A DNA stretch of 32,029 nucleotides, from NCBI GenBank assembly GCA_030611395.1, contig JAUWPX010000001.1:1-32029 (forward strand). Direction: 5' to 3'. This document shows, in pieces, positions 22,894-30,660 of the stretch; the first letter of the stretch is position 1, and each line of letters opens with the position of its first letter. The DNA is from Bacteroidota bacterium (lineage in GTDB: Bacteria > Bacteroidota > Bacteroidia > Bacteroidales > VadinHA17). The position numbers were made by a program, and so were the translations under genes. The notes under the pieces were generated by a model. That model was given only the letters and a program-made list of their open reading frames with translations, had not been told where the DNA came from and ran no database searches.

Positions 22894-24201
22894 ATGTCTG
22901 AATTAAAGAAAAAATTACACGGAAAGATTGAAAATTGGCGTCCACGGACTACAAAATTGATTAAAGAATATGGTGATGTGGTTGTAGGTGATGTTACAAT
23001 TGCTAAACTAATTGGTGGTATGCGAGGTATAAAATGCCTTGTAACGGATATCTCATATCTTGATCCTATCGAAGGAATTAGATTCCGGGGTTTCACGATT
23101 CCTGAAGTGCTTGAAAAATTACCAAAACCAAAAGATGGTTCGGAAATACCTTTTGTTGAGGGATTTATTTATCTGCTCTTAACAGGTGATCTGCCAACCG
23201 AAAACGAAGTTAATGAAGTAGCAGAAGAATTTAAGCAAAGAAAAGTTGTTCCCAAATATGTCTTTGATGTTATTGATGCGCATCCTGAAGGTACGCACCC
23301 TATGGTGTTGTTTTCCGCAGCTGTACTATCGATGGAAAAGGAATCGGAATTTGTTAAAGGTTATCAGAAAGGGATAAGCAAAATGGATTATTGGGATCCA
23401 ACATATGAAGATGCCATGAATCTGCTTGCAAAATTGCCTGAGATTGGTGCTTATATCTACCGGAAAAAATATAAGAATGCAGATATTATAGCCCCAAATC
23501 CTGATATGGATTTCGGAGCAAATTTTGCACATATGATGGGGATTGATAAGCCCTATGATGATATGTCACGATTGTATTTTATACTTCATAGTGACCATGA
23601 GAGTGGAAATGTAAGTGCTCATACAGGACATCTTGTATCCAGTGCTTTGTCAGATATTTATTACGCAATCTCTGCAATGGTAGATGGTCTTGCCGGTCCA
23701 TTACACGGTCTTGCAAACCAGGAAGTGCTTCGCTGGATACAGGGAGTTATGGACAAAATGGGTGGTAAAACACCAAGTGAAGAGGAAATGAAAAAATTTG
23801 TTTGGGATACATTAAACTCCGGACAGGTAATTCCGGGCTATGGTCATGCTGTGTTAAGAAAAACAGATCCCAGGTATGAAGCCCAACGTGATTTTTGCCT
23901 GAAGCATTTGCCCGATGACCCGATCTTTAAATATGTAGACTCGTTGTACCAGGTTGTGCCTGATATTCTGAGAGAACATGGAAAAGCTAAAAATCCCTGG
24001 CCAAATGTTGATGCTCAATCGGGAGTTATTCAATGGTACTATGGAATTCGTGAGTATGATTTCTATACTGTACTTTTCAGTATCGGTCGCGCTATTGGTG
24101 TAGTATCCAATATTATCTGGGATCGTGCTCTTGGATATCCGATTGAAAGACCTAAATCACTTACAACAAAAATGATTGAAGATATTGCATTTAAAAAATA
24201 A
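22894..24201 (+). CDS. gltA: Citrate synthase
   Basis: 435 aa: HSDHESGNVSAH and GYGHAVLRKTDPR catalytic-site signatures of the citrate synthase family. Confidence 0.93.
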   Translation: MSELKKKLHGKIENWRPRTTKLIKEYGDVVVGDVTIAKLIGGMRGIKCLVTDISYLDPIEGIRFRGFTIPEVLEKLPKPKDGSEIPFVEGFIYLLLTGDLPTENEVNEVAEEFKQRKVVPKYVFDVIDAHPEGTHPMVLFSAAVLSMEKESEFVKGYQKGISKMDYWDPTYEDAMNLLAKLPEIGAYIYRKKYKNADIIAPNPDMDFGANFAHMMGIDKPYDDMSRLYFILHSDHESGNVSAHTGHLVSSALSDIYYAISAMVDGLAGPLHGLANQEVLRWIQGVMDKMGGKTPSEEEMKKFVWDTLNSGQVIPGYGHAVLRKTDPRYEAQRDFCLKHLPDDPIFKYVDSLYQVVPDILREHGKAKNPWPNVDAQSGVIQWYYGIREYDFYTVLFSIGRAIGVVSNIIWDRALGYPIERPKSLTTKMIEDIAFKK

Positions 24202-24228
24202 ATTCTTTGATATCTGATTATCACATGT

Positions 24229-24259
24229 AAAAAAGGCATTCTTGAGAATGCCTTTTTTT
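24229..24259 (+). terminator. Rho-independent terminator downstream of gltA, flanked by an A-run and a T-run
   Basis: GGCATTC (24235-24241), loop TTGA, GAATGCC (24246-24252), then 7 T (24253-24259). The preceding A-run can extend the stem. Confidence 0.85.
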
Positions 24260-24303
24260 GTATCTTGTAGTTTGATTTTTGAATAAAAATTGTATCTGAT
24301 AGA

Positions 24304-26208
24304 ATGAAGCATTTTATTAAAATACTAGAAGCAAAAAATGAACTTGTTCGTATAAAAGAATATATTAATCCGGAACTCGAAATAACTGAAATAACCGACC
24401 GGGTTTCTAAATCCGAAGGAGGAGGAAAAGCTTTGTTGTTTGAAAACACCGGGACAGCATTCCCTGTTCTGATCAATGCTATGGGATCGTATAACCGGAT
24501 GTGTTTAGCTCTTGGTACAAATGACCTTGATGGAATTGGCAAACAAATTGAAACAATATTCCGGCAATTAACCAAACCCCGGGAAAATATGTGGGGGAAA
24601 ATTAAAATTCTCCCTTTGTTGAAGATGCTGGGATCCTGGATGCCTAAATCAATTTCCGGTAAGGGAAGATGTCAGGAGGTAATTCACATAACTCCGGATC
24701 TTAACATGCTTCCTGTACTAAAATGCTGGCCCGAAGATGGTGGCCGGTTTATTACCCTTCCAATGGTTATTACACGCGATCTTCAAAATAATACCAGGAA
24801 TGTGGGAATGTATAGAATGCAGCTTTTTGACAAAAATACTACCGGTATGCATTGGCACCCCCATAAAACAGGTGCTCGTCATTATGATCAATACAAAGCA
24901 ATTGCAAAGAAGATGCCTGTTGCCGTTGCCCTTGGAGGTGATCCTGTACTTGCCTACAGTGCAACTGCCCCCCTGCCTGATAATATCGATGAATATATGC
25001 TGGCTGGATTCATTCGAAAAAGGAAAGTGAATATGGTAAAATGTTTTACCAATGATCTTGAAGTTCCGGATGAGGCAGATATTATTATTGAAGGATATAT
25101 CGACCCTGAAGAAGAATTGGCATGGGAAGGTCCATTTGGCGATCATACAGGATTTTATTCTTTACCTGACTGGTTTCCGAAATTTCATGTTACATGTATT
25201 ACACATAAAAAAAACGCAGTATATCCTGCAACAATTGTAGGTATACCCCCACAGGAAGATGCCTGGATCATCAAGGCTACTGAACGGATATTCCTGATAC
25301 CTATGAGATTAACTATGATCCCCGAAATTCTGGATATGGAAATGCCTCCGGAGGGGATTGCACATAACATGACTATTATTAAGATAAATAAAACATTCCA
25401 TGGTCAGGCACAAAAAGTAATGAATGCAATTTGGGGGGCAGGCCAGATGATGTTTACGAAAATAATGGTAATTACCGGGGAGGAAATTGATATTCACAAT
25501 TATCAGAAGCTTGCAAAATATATATTTGATAATGTTAAATTATCCAGAGACCTTCACTTTAGTAAAGGGCCTCTTGATATTCTCGATCACTCGTCTTCAC
25601 AATTGGCCTATGGAAGCAGATTGTGTATTGATGCTACAAATACTTTTTCCGAAACAGCAGTAAAGCAGAGCTTGTTTAGCAAAATTGAAATTGACAGGAT
25701 AGTGAAATTAACCAAACAGGAATCGCAAATATCAGGAGTAAATGTTTCACTTTTAAAAGAAAAAATCCCTGTTTTGTTTGTTTCAATCCTGAAAAAGGGG
25801 AAGGAACATTTCTATGAAACAGGAAAGGGTCTTTTGAATAAAATTTTTGTTCCCGGGATAAAAATTCTTATTTTGGTTGATTATGGTCTGGATATAAATG
25901 AAGTTTCAATGCTTGTATGGGTTGCATTTGGAAACATTGAACCGGAACGGGACATCCGGTTAATTAAACCTGAAACTGAAACACCCTGTCTTATAGTTGA
26001 TGCAACAAGGAAGTCTAAACTTAACAAATTTGAAAGAGATTGGCCAAATGTGATTGTTTCTGATGATACAACAATAAGAAATATTGATGAAAAATGGAAA
26101 ACTCTGGAGTTGGGTGATTTTGTTCATTCTCCTTCAAAAAAATTCAAACAAATGATTTTTCCCGGAGGTGCCAGCGTAAAAGAAAAACAATCTGAAAAAT
26201 ATCAATGA
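24304..26208 (+). CDS. UbiD-family (prenyl-FMN-dependent) aromatic decarboxylase, long form, possibly quinone biosynthesis
   Basis: 634 aa: RNVGMYRMQ, GMHWHPHKTGARH, GPFGDHTGFY, LDILDHSS...GSRLCIDATN are UbiD family hallmarks. The substrate cannot be assigned from sequence alone. Confidence 0.85.
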   Translation: MKHFIKILEAKNELVRIKEYINPELEITEITDRVSKSEGGGKALLFENTGTAFPVLINAMGSYNRMCLALGTNDLDGIGKQIETIFRQLTKPRENMWGKIKILPLLKMLGSWMPKSISGKGRCQEVIHITPDLNMLPVLKCWPEDGGRFITLPMVITRDLQNNTRNVGMYRMQLFDKNTTGMHWHPHKTGARHYDQYKAIAKKMPVAVALGGDPVLAYSATAPLPDNIDEYMLAGFIRKRKVNMVKCFTNDLEVPDEADIIIEGYIDPEEELAWEGPFGDHTGFYSLPDWFPKFHVTCITHKKNAVYPATIVGIPPQEDAWIIKATERIFLIPMRLTMIPEILDMEMPPEGIAHNMTIIKINKTFHGQAQKVMNAIWGAGQMMFTKIMVITGEEIDIHNYQKLAKYIFDNVKLSRDLHFSKGPLDILDHSSSQLAYGSRLCIDATNTFSETAVKQSLFSKIEIDRIVKLTKQESQISGVNVSLLKEKIPVLFVSILKKGKEHFYETGKGLLNKIFVPGIKILILVDYGLDINEVSMLVWVAFGNIEPERDIRLIKPETETPCLIVDATRKSKLNKFERDWPNVIVSDDTTIRNIDEKWKTLELGDFVHSPSKKFKQMIFPGGASVKEKQSEKYQ

Positions 26209-26209
26209 T

Positions 26210-27169
26210 ATGCAGGCAGAAACACTTGTTTGGGAAACTGATATTGCATATTTTATTTACGGGATCATAATTATTATGCTGATATATTTTCTTGTTCAAT
26301 ATCGAACCAAAACTTTGCGTAAAGCCAATCAGGTATTAATTGAAAAAGATATAGCTTCAAGAGAAGTAGAAAAACAAAGACGGGAATTGGCTATAAAGAA
26401 TAAAAGCATTACAGACAGTATACAATATGCAAAAAAAATACAGGAAGCTCTCTTACCTTCAGACCTTATGTTTAAAAAGTTGTTTCCTGATTCATTTATA
26501 TTATTTAAACCTAAAGATATTGTAAGTGGTGATTTCTACTGGATTACTGAAAGGAACAATAAGGTTTTTGTATCTGCTGTAGATTGCACCGGACATGGCG
26601 TGCCGGGTGCCTTTATGTCGTTGATAGGATTTAAGATACTGGAAAATATTACTAAGGTTCAGGGAATTGAAAAACCATCTGAAATATTGAATATTCTTAG
26701 TATGGGAATTGAAAATACTTTTCACAGAGATGAGGAAGATTATTTGCTAAAAGATGGGATGGATCTCGCCTTTTGTGTTTTTGATCGCGATAAAAAACAA
26801 CTTGAATACGCCGGAGCTTTTAATCCTTTATATTTGATCCGCGATAACAAACTGATTGAAACCACAGCTGATCGTTTTTCTATTGGATTAAAACAAATGG
26901 TAAATGAACAAAGTGAGTACACTAATCATTCAATTTCTATCAAAAAGGGTGATATGATATATTTGTTTTCAGATGGATATCCCGATCAGTTTGGTGGTCC
27001 AAACGGAAAAAAATATATGTACAGACGTTTCCGGCATCTGTTACTTACTATTCATAAATTGGCATTACAGGAACAAAAAGATTTCCTTGAAAAAAGTATC
27101 GAAGAATGGAAAGGGGAGGAGTACGATCAGGTTGATGATATTCTTGTGATAGGGATCAGGCCTGTTTAA
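26210..27169 (+). CDS. Membrane-anchored SpoIIE/PP2C-family serine phosphatase
   Basis: 319 aa: N-terminal TM helix IAYFIYGIIIIMLIYFLVQY, a coiled segment, then a PPM/SpoIIE domain (IQ.ALLP, SGDFYW, AVDCTGHGVPGAFMS, DGMD, SDGYPDQFGG, DDILVIGIR). The ATG lies 1 nt after the ubiD-like stop. Confidence 0.85.
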   Translation: MQAETLVWETDIAYFIYGIIIIMLIYFLVQYRTKTLRKANQVLIEKDIASREVEKQRRELAIKNKSITDSIQYAKKIQEALLPSDLMFKKLFPDSFILFKPKDIVSGDFYWITERNNKVFVSAVDCTGHGVPGAFMSLIGFKILENITKVQGIEKPSEILNILSMGIENTFHRDEEDYLLKDGMDLAFCVFDRDKKQLEYAGAFNPLYLIRDNKLIETTADRFSIGLKQMVNEQSEYTNHSISIKKGDMIYLFSDGYPDQFGGPNGKKYMYRRFRHLLLTIHKLALQEQKDFLEKSIEEWKGEEYDQVDDILVIGIRPV

Positions 27170-27171
27170 TG

Positions 27172-28845
27172 TTAAGACAAAAGGCTCTTCATTTTGCTAA
27201 TAAGGTCTTCCATTTGATATGGTTTGCTTAAGTAGTCATCAATACCTGCTGAAAGACATGTCTCTTTATCGCCAAGCATAGCGTTTGCAGTAATTGCTAT
27301 TATTGGAGTATGCGTGTTGGTGCTTTTTTCAATTTCACGGATTTTTTTTGTTGCCGTAATTCCATTCATTATTGGCATTTGAATATCCATAAGAATAATA
27401 TCATATCGGTTTAGTCCGAACATATCGAGAGCCGTTTTTCCATTCTCTGCAACATCAACACTTTTCACCAGTTTAATCAGGCTTAGTCTCATTATCTGCT
27501 GGTTTATTTCATTATCCTCAACTATAAGGATATTTGAATCGATCATGTTAACTTTTTCTTTTCTTATAGCAGCAGCTTCTTTATAAACTACTTTTTCAAA
27601 TTCAAGTGAGAATATAAAAAATGATTTTTCTTTAATTTCTTTATATTCCAATTTCCTTCCAAGTGTTTTGAGGAGTTTCTCGGAAATTGAAAGATCAATT
27701 AATTGTTCATTCTGTTTATCATCAAGCAATTTATTATCTGTGATATCTTTTTGCGTGATTATCCGGTTTATTTCAATAGTGAAAGTCAATTCAATATTAT
27801 CCGATGTTTCTTTTTGATTTGTAACAGTAATGGTTGTTTGTGGCTTATTATCTGTATTAAAAGGTATTATGTTTTCAAGAATATTTAATAAGAGTTGTTT
27901 TACCAGAACCGGATCACCAATTATTTCCTGATCGAAATTTTCAAAATCATTAACATGGAAATTAAAATTCTTTTTTGTTTCAGATGGAAAAAAATCTATT
28001 ATGTTTGAAAGGGTTGAAAAAAGATCAAATTTTATTTTTTTCCTCTTTTTATAGCTAATATCAATACCCGGTAATTGAGTAATATTATTAACAACATCCA
28101 CAAGATTATTTGTAGAAGCAATTAGTGTTTCGATTAACTCTTTTTGATTTTTTGTAGGGTTAAAGTTATTCATCATTTTCCCGAGAACGACAATGTTATT
28201 GAGGGAAGTCCGTAGTTGATGTGATTTTTTATAGATAAAATTATCCTTGGCAATGTTTGCTTCTATCGCCTCTTTCCTGGCTTTTTCAAGTTTATTTATA
28301 TTCCAGGTGTAAATAATTTTGAAAGAATAACTGATAATGAAAATGAGAATAAAAATAAAAAGGAATATTAGTTTTGAGGGAAGTAAAATTATATGATTCA
28401 GCGAGGTGGCAGGTGTAAACAGTAATAGTAACAAAATTAACAGAGTCACTCCTGATATTATGCTTCCGTTTTTCTTTTTCAGTAATAAGATGGATGCCGG
28501 CGGAAGAAGTAAAAATATATATAGTATGTATTCTGCGTTGGTTATTGCAAATAGAGTTATAAGCCAGGTAGTAAGAAAAGCAGTTAAAAATATAGAAATA
28601 AGCTCCAATTTATATGTCCGGAGATACCATAATAAATGTCCCAGAACGACTAATGCTGTTCCAAAATTAATAAATACAAGGGTGATATTCCCCTGGAACA
28701 AATTAATTGTTCCAAAAATGAGAAAGAATAAAATAAAGGTGTATGTGCAAATTTTCAATGGGAAATAGCAGTCTTTATTAACGGATGTTTCTTGTTTATC
28801 AATTCTTTTGGTAATACCGTTGTATACATTAGTTAAAATATTCAT
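27172..28845 (-). CDS. Multi-TM hybrid sensor with a DHp His-box, a degenerate HATPase-like domain and a C-terminal receiver domain
   Basis: 557 aa with about 5-6 TM helices (residues 33-175). H-box FIYKKSHQLRTSLNNI and N-box-like LLLNILENIIPFN are present, but no DxGxG or GxGxG glycine boxes. The intact REC domain has ILIVEDN, LMDIQMP, IIAITA and LSKP. Confidence 0.8.
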   Translation of the reverse strand: MNILTNVYNGITKRIDKQETSVNKDCYFPLKICTYTFILFFLIFGTINLFQGNITLVFINFGTALVVLGHLLWYLRTYKLELISIFLTAFLTTWLITLFAITNAEYILYIFLLLPPASILLLKKKNGSIISGVTLLILLLLLFTPATSLNHIILLPSKLIFLFIFILIFIISYSFKIIYTWNINKLEKARKEAIEANIAKDNFIYKKSHQLRTSLNNIVVLGKMMNNFNPTKNQKELIETLIASTNNLVDVVNNITQLPGIDISYKKRKKIKFDLFSTLSNIIDFFPSETKKNFNFHVNDFENFDQEIIGDPVLVKQLLLNILENIIPFNTDNKPQTTITVTNQKETSDNIELTFTIEINRIITQKDITDNKLLDDKQNEQLIDLSISEKLLKTLGRKLEYKEIKEKSFFIFSLEFEKVVYKEAAAIRKEKVNMIDSNILIVEDNEINQQIMRLSLIKLVKSVDVAENGKTALDMFGLNRYDIILMDIQMPIMNGITATKKIREIEKSTNTHTPIIAITANAMLGDKETCLSAGIDDYLSKPYQMEDLISKMKSLLS

Positions 28846-28933
28846 TATCCCTTGTTTGATTTGTTGATCATAGCTGTAATTGTAAAAATACTAAAAAAAT
28901 AGTAAATACCATAATTGGCAACTAATCAATTTG

Positions 28934-28957
28934 CAGTCGGCAGACCACAGTCAGCAG
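28934..28957. repeat. Direct 10-mer repeat CAGTCGGCAG / CAGTCAGCAG (period 14) in a locally GC-rich patch
   Basis: Read directly at 28934-28943 and 28948-28957, in the divergent intergenic region between the sensor gene and the next + strand gene. Confidence 0.4.
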
Positions 28958-28968
28958 CTCACACTTCT

Positions 28969-28992
28969 TCATTTAATCATTTAGTCATTCCA
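28969..28992. repeat. Three imperfect tandem 8-mers TCATTTAA / TCATTTAG / TCATTCCA
   Basis: Read directly at 28969-28992. Confidence 0.35.
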
Positions 28993-29014
28993 GCCTTAAA
29001 ACACTGATTAGTTA

Positions 29015-29032
29015 CAATAATTGTAATAATTG
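29015..29032. repeat. Tandem 9-mer CAATAATTG / TAATAATTG
   Basis: Read directly at 29015-29023 and 29024-29032, just upstream of a candidate -7 box. Confidence 0.35.
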
Positions 29033-29056
29033 ATTTTATAAAGGAATGAAAAATGC

Positions 29057-29064
29057 TAAATTTG
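29057..29064 (+). promoter_or_regulatory. Candidate Bacteroidota -7 promoter box (TAAATTTG)
   Basis: Exact TAnnTTTG match 31 nt upstream of the ATG at 29095. It lies inside the N-terminal extension used by the ORF track, which argues for the 29095 start. Confidence 0.35.
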
Positions 29065-29094
29065 TTATTTGAGTTGATAGAGATACAATTAAAT

Positions 29095-29781
29095 ATGTTT
29101 AGGTTAGCAATTAATATAATTGGGATCTTTTTTCTTATTTCAACCATTCTTTACAGCCAGAATGGAGAGAATATAGTTGAATTTACACCTGATTTTAAAT
29201 TTACTGAAGGTGTTTTTATTGATTTTAACCAGGTACGTAATAATAATCCTATTCCTAAAGCAAGAATACTTACGGCAGTTGATTTTAATGATGGCGATTT
29301 TTTTAAGGAAGTACTGGATAAAGATGTTATCTACTATTATAATGAATTTGGAATGAGAAATGTGGTGAAGAAGGACAATATATGGGGCTATTCACGAAAT
29401 GGTGTTCTTTATATTCAATTAAAAGATGGGTTTCATCGGATAACAATTGTTGGAGGAATATGCCATTTTTTGGCTTTTATTAAAACTTTTGAAACACGAT
29501 ATTACGACCCCTATTTTTATCGCGGCTACTATTCTGATTATTATCGCTATCCCTCACGGAGTTCCACTTACTCTAAAACAGAACTTCACCAGTATATGCT
29601 CGATTTTGAGAGTGGTAAGATAATGGAATACAATTATTCAAATGTTGGTCTGGCCTTAATGCATGATGCTGAACTTCATGATGAATACATGAAACTTGGC
29701 AGAAGAAAAAGGAAACAACTAAAATTTATGTACATCAGGAAGTTTAATAAAAGAAATCCTATTTATCTACCAGTTAATTAA
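29095..29781 (+). CDS. Hypothetical exported or membrane-anchored protein with a Tyr-rich segment
   Basis: The ORF track starts at 29053. The Met at 29095 begins a signal or anchor-like sequence, MFRLAINIIGIFFLISTILYSQ. I recognise no family. The segment RYYDPYFYRGYYSDYYRYPSRSSTY has 10 Tyr in 25 residues, and the C-terminus is basic (RRKRKQLKFMYIRKFNKR). Confidence 0.55.
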   Translation: MFRLAINIIGIFFLISTILYSQNGENIVEFTPDFKFTEGVFIDFNQVRNNNPIPKARILTAVDFNDGDFFKEVLDKDVIYYYNEFGMRNVVKKDNIWGYSRNGVLYIQLKDGFHRITIVGGICHFLAFIKTFETRYYDPYFYRGYYSDYYRYPSRSSTYSKTELHQYMLDFESGKIMEYNYSNVGLALMHDAELHDEYMKLGRRKRKQLKFMYIRKFNKRNPIYLPVN

Positions 29782-29787
29782 AAACCT

Positions 29788-30645
29788 ATGCTCATGAAAA
29801 CAATAATAATTAGCACTTGCTTAGCATTAATATGTCTTCATAATGCTTTTTCCCAGATTTCTTATCCAACCCCCCGGGATGCCGGGAAAATAATGAATAC
29901 AAAAACCCTGGTTGTTCTTGAAGACAATATGTTTTCATCTTTTAATAGCCATATTAAAACAGTGGTTAACGAATTTTGGGATATTACGGAATTCGAATTT
30001 GTATCAGCAAAAGAGTTTAATGAAAAAAGAAGGGATGAACAATACTCTTTCCTTGTTCCTATTCAAACAAGTTTTCAAAAAGACAAATCCAATACGCAAT
30101 GGGTTTTTCTAAATTTGTTATTGGGGGCTAAAACGGAAGCTATTGCAGGAATGCCTGAGTTTTGCTCAATACCTCTATATGTGATTAGTGAAGAGGAAGA
30201 AGGGTATGGATATTATTTACCCCTTATTATTCAGTTTATTCAGAAACGGGTAGCTCAGATCAAAGAGAATCCGGACGTAAAATCACTTGAAAATCTTACA
30301 TATTACAATAAAAATATTCCGATGTTAGAGAACAAAACAATTTTTGTGCAGGAAAATGATCTTAGCCCGGAGATTAATACTATTGAAAAAATTGCTGAGT
30401 ATTATCCATATAAGGTTAATATTGTGTCAGAGGATGAAATTGAACAGGCTATAAAGGAAAAAATCGAGAATGTTGTAGTATTACATAGTGCAGGACCAGG
30501 TGCTTCAGAAGATGCAGGCCGTTGTTACAAAATGCTTTTTGGTGCTGATGATTCACGAATGTATTTTTATAACTACCATACAATTAATTCAAAAAGACCC
30601 GATGGTTTACTTTCAAGGGATTTAATAAGGTTATGCAGGTTTTAA
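29788..30645 (+). CDS. Hypothetical secreted protein
   Basis: 285 aa with a signal peptide MKTIIISTCLALICLHNAFSQ. I recognise no family. It starts 6 nt after the previous ORF and ends 15 nt before hisS. Confidence 0.55.
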   Translation: MLMKTIIISTCLALICLHNAFSQISYPTPRDAGKIMNTKTLVVLEDNMFSSFNSHIKTVVNEFWDITEFEFVSAKEFNEKRRDEQYSFLVPIQTSFQKDKSNTQWVFLNLLLGAKTEAIAGMPEFCSIPLYVISEEEEGYGYYLPLIIQFIQKRVAQIKENPDVKSLENLTYYNKNIPMLENKTIFVQENDLSPEINTIEKIAEYYPYKVNIVSEDEIEQAIKEKIENVVVLHSAGPGASEDAGRCYKMLFGADDSRMYFYNYHTINSKRPDGLLSRDLIRLCRF

Positions 30646-30660
30646 AAAAAAAATCGTCTG

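Noticed and set aside
24063-24575. 170-aa minus-strand ORF spanning the gltA 3' end, the terminator and the ubiD-like 5' end.
   Set aside because: It overlaps two well-supported + strand genes and reads through an intrinsic terminator hairpin. It has no family resemblance.
29053-29094. 14-codon N-terminal extension (MLNLLFELIEIQLN) of the first hypothetical protein, as given in the ORF track.
   Set aside because: The signal or anchor sequence begins at the Met at 29095, and an exact TAnnTTTG box (29057-29064) sits inside the extension. The downstream start is therefore more plausible, though this is not proven.
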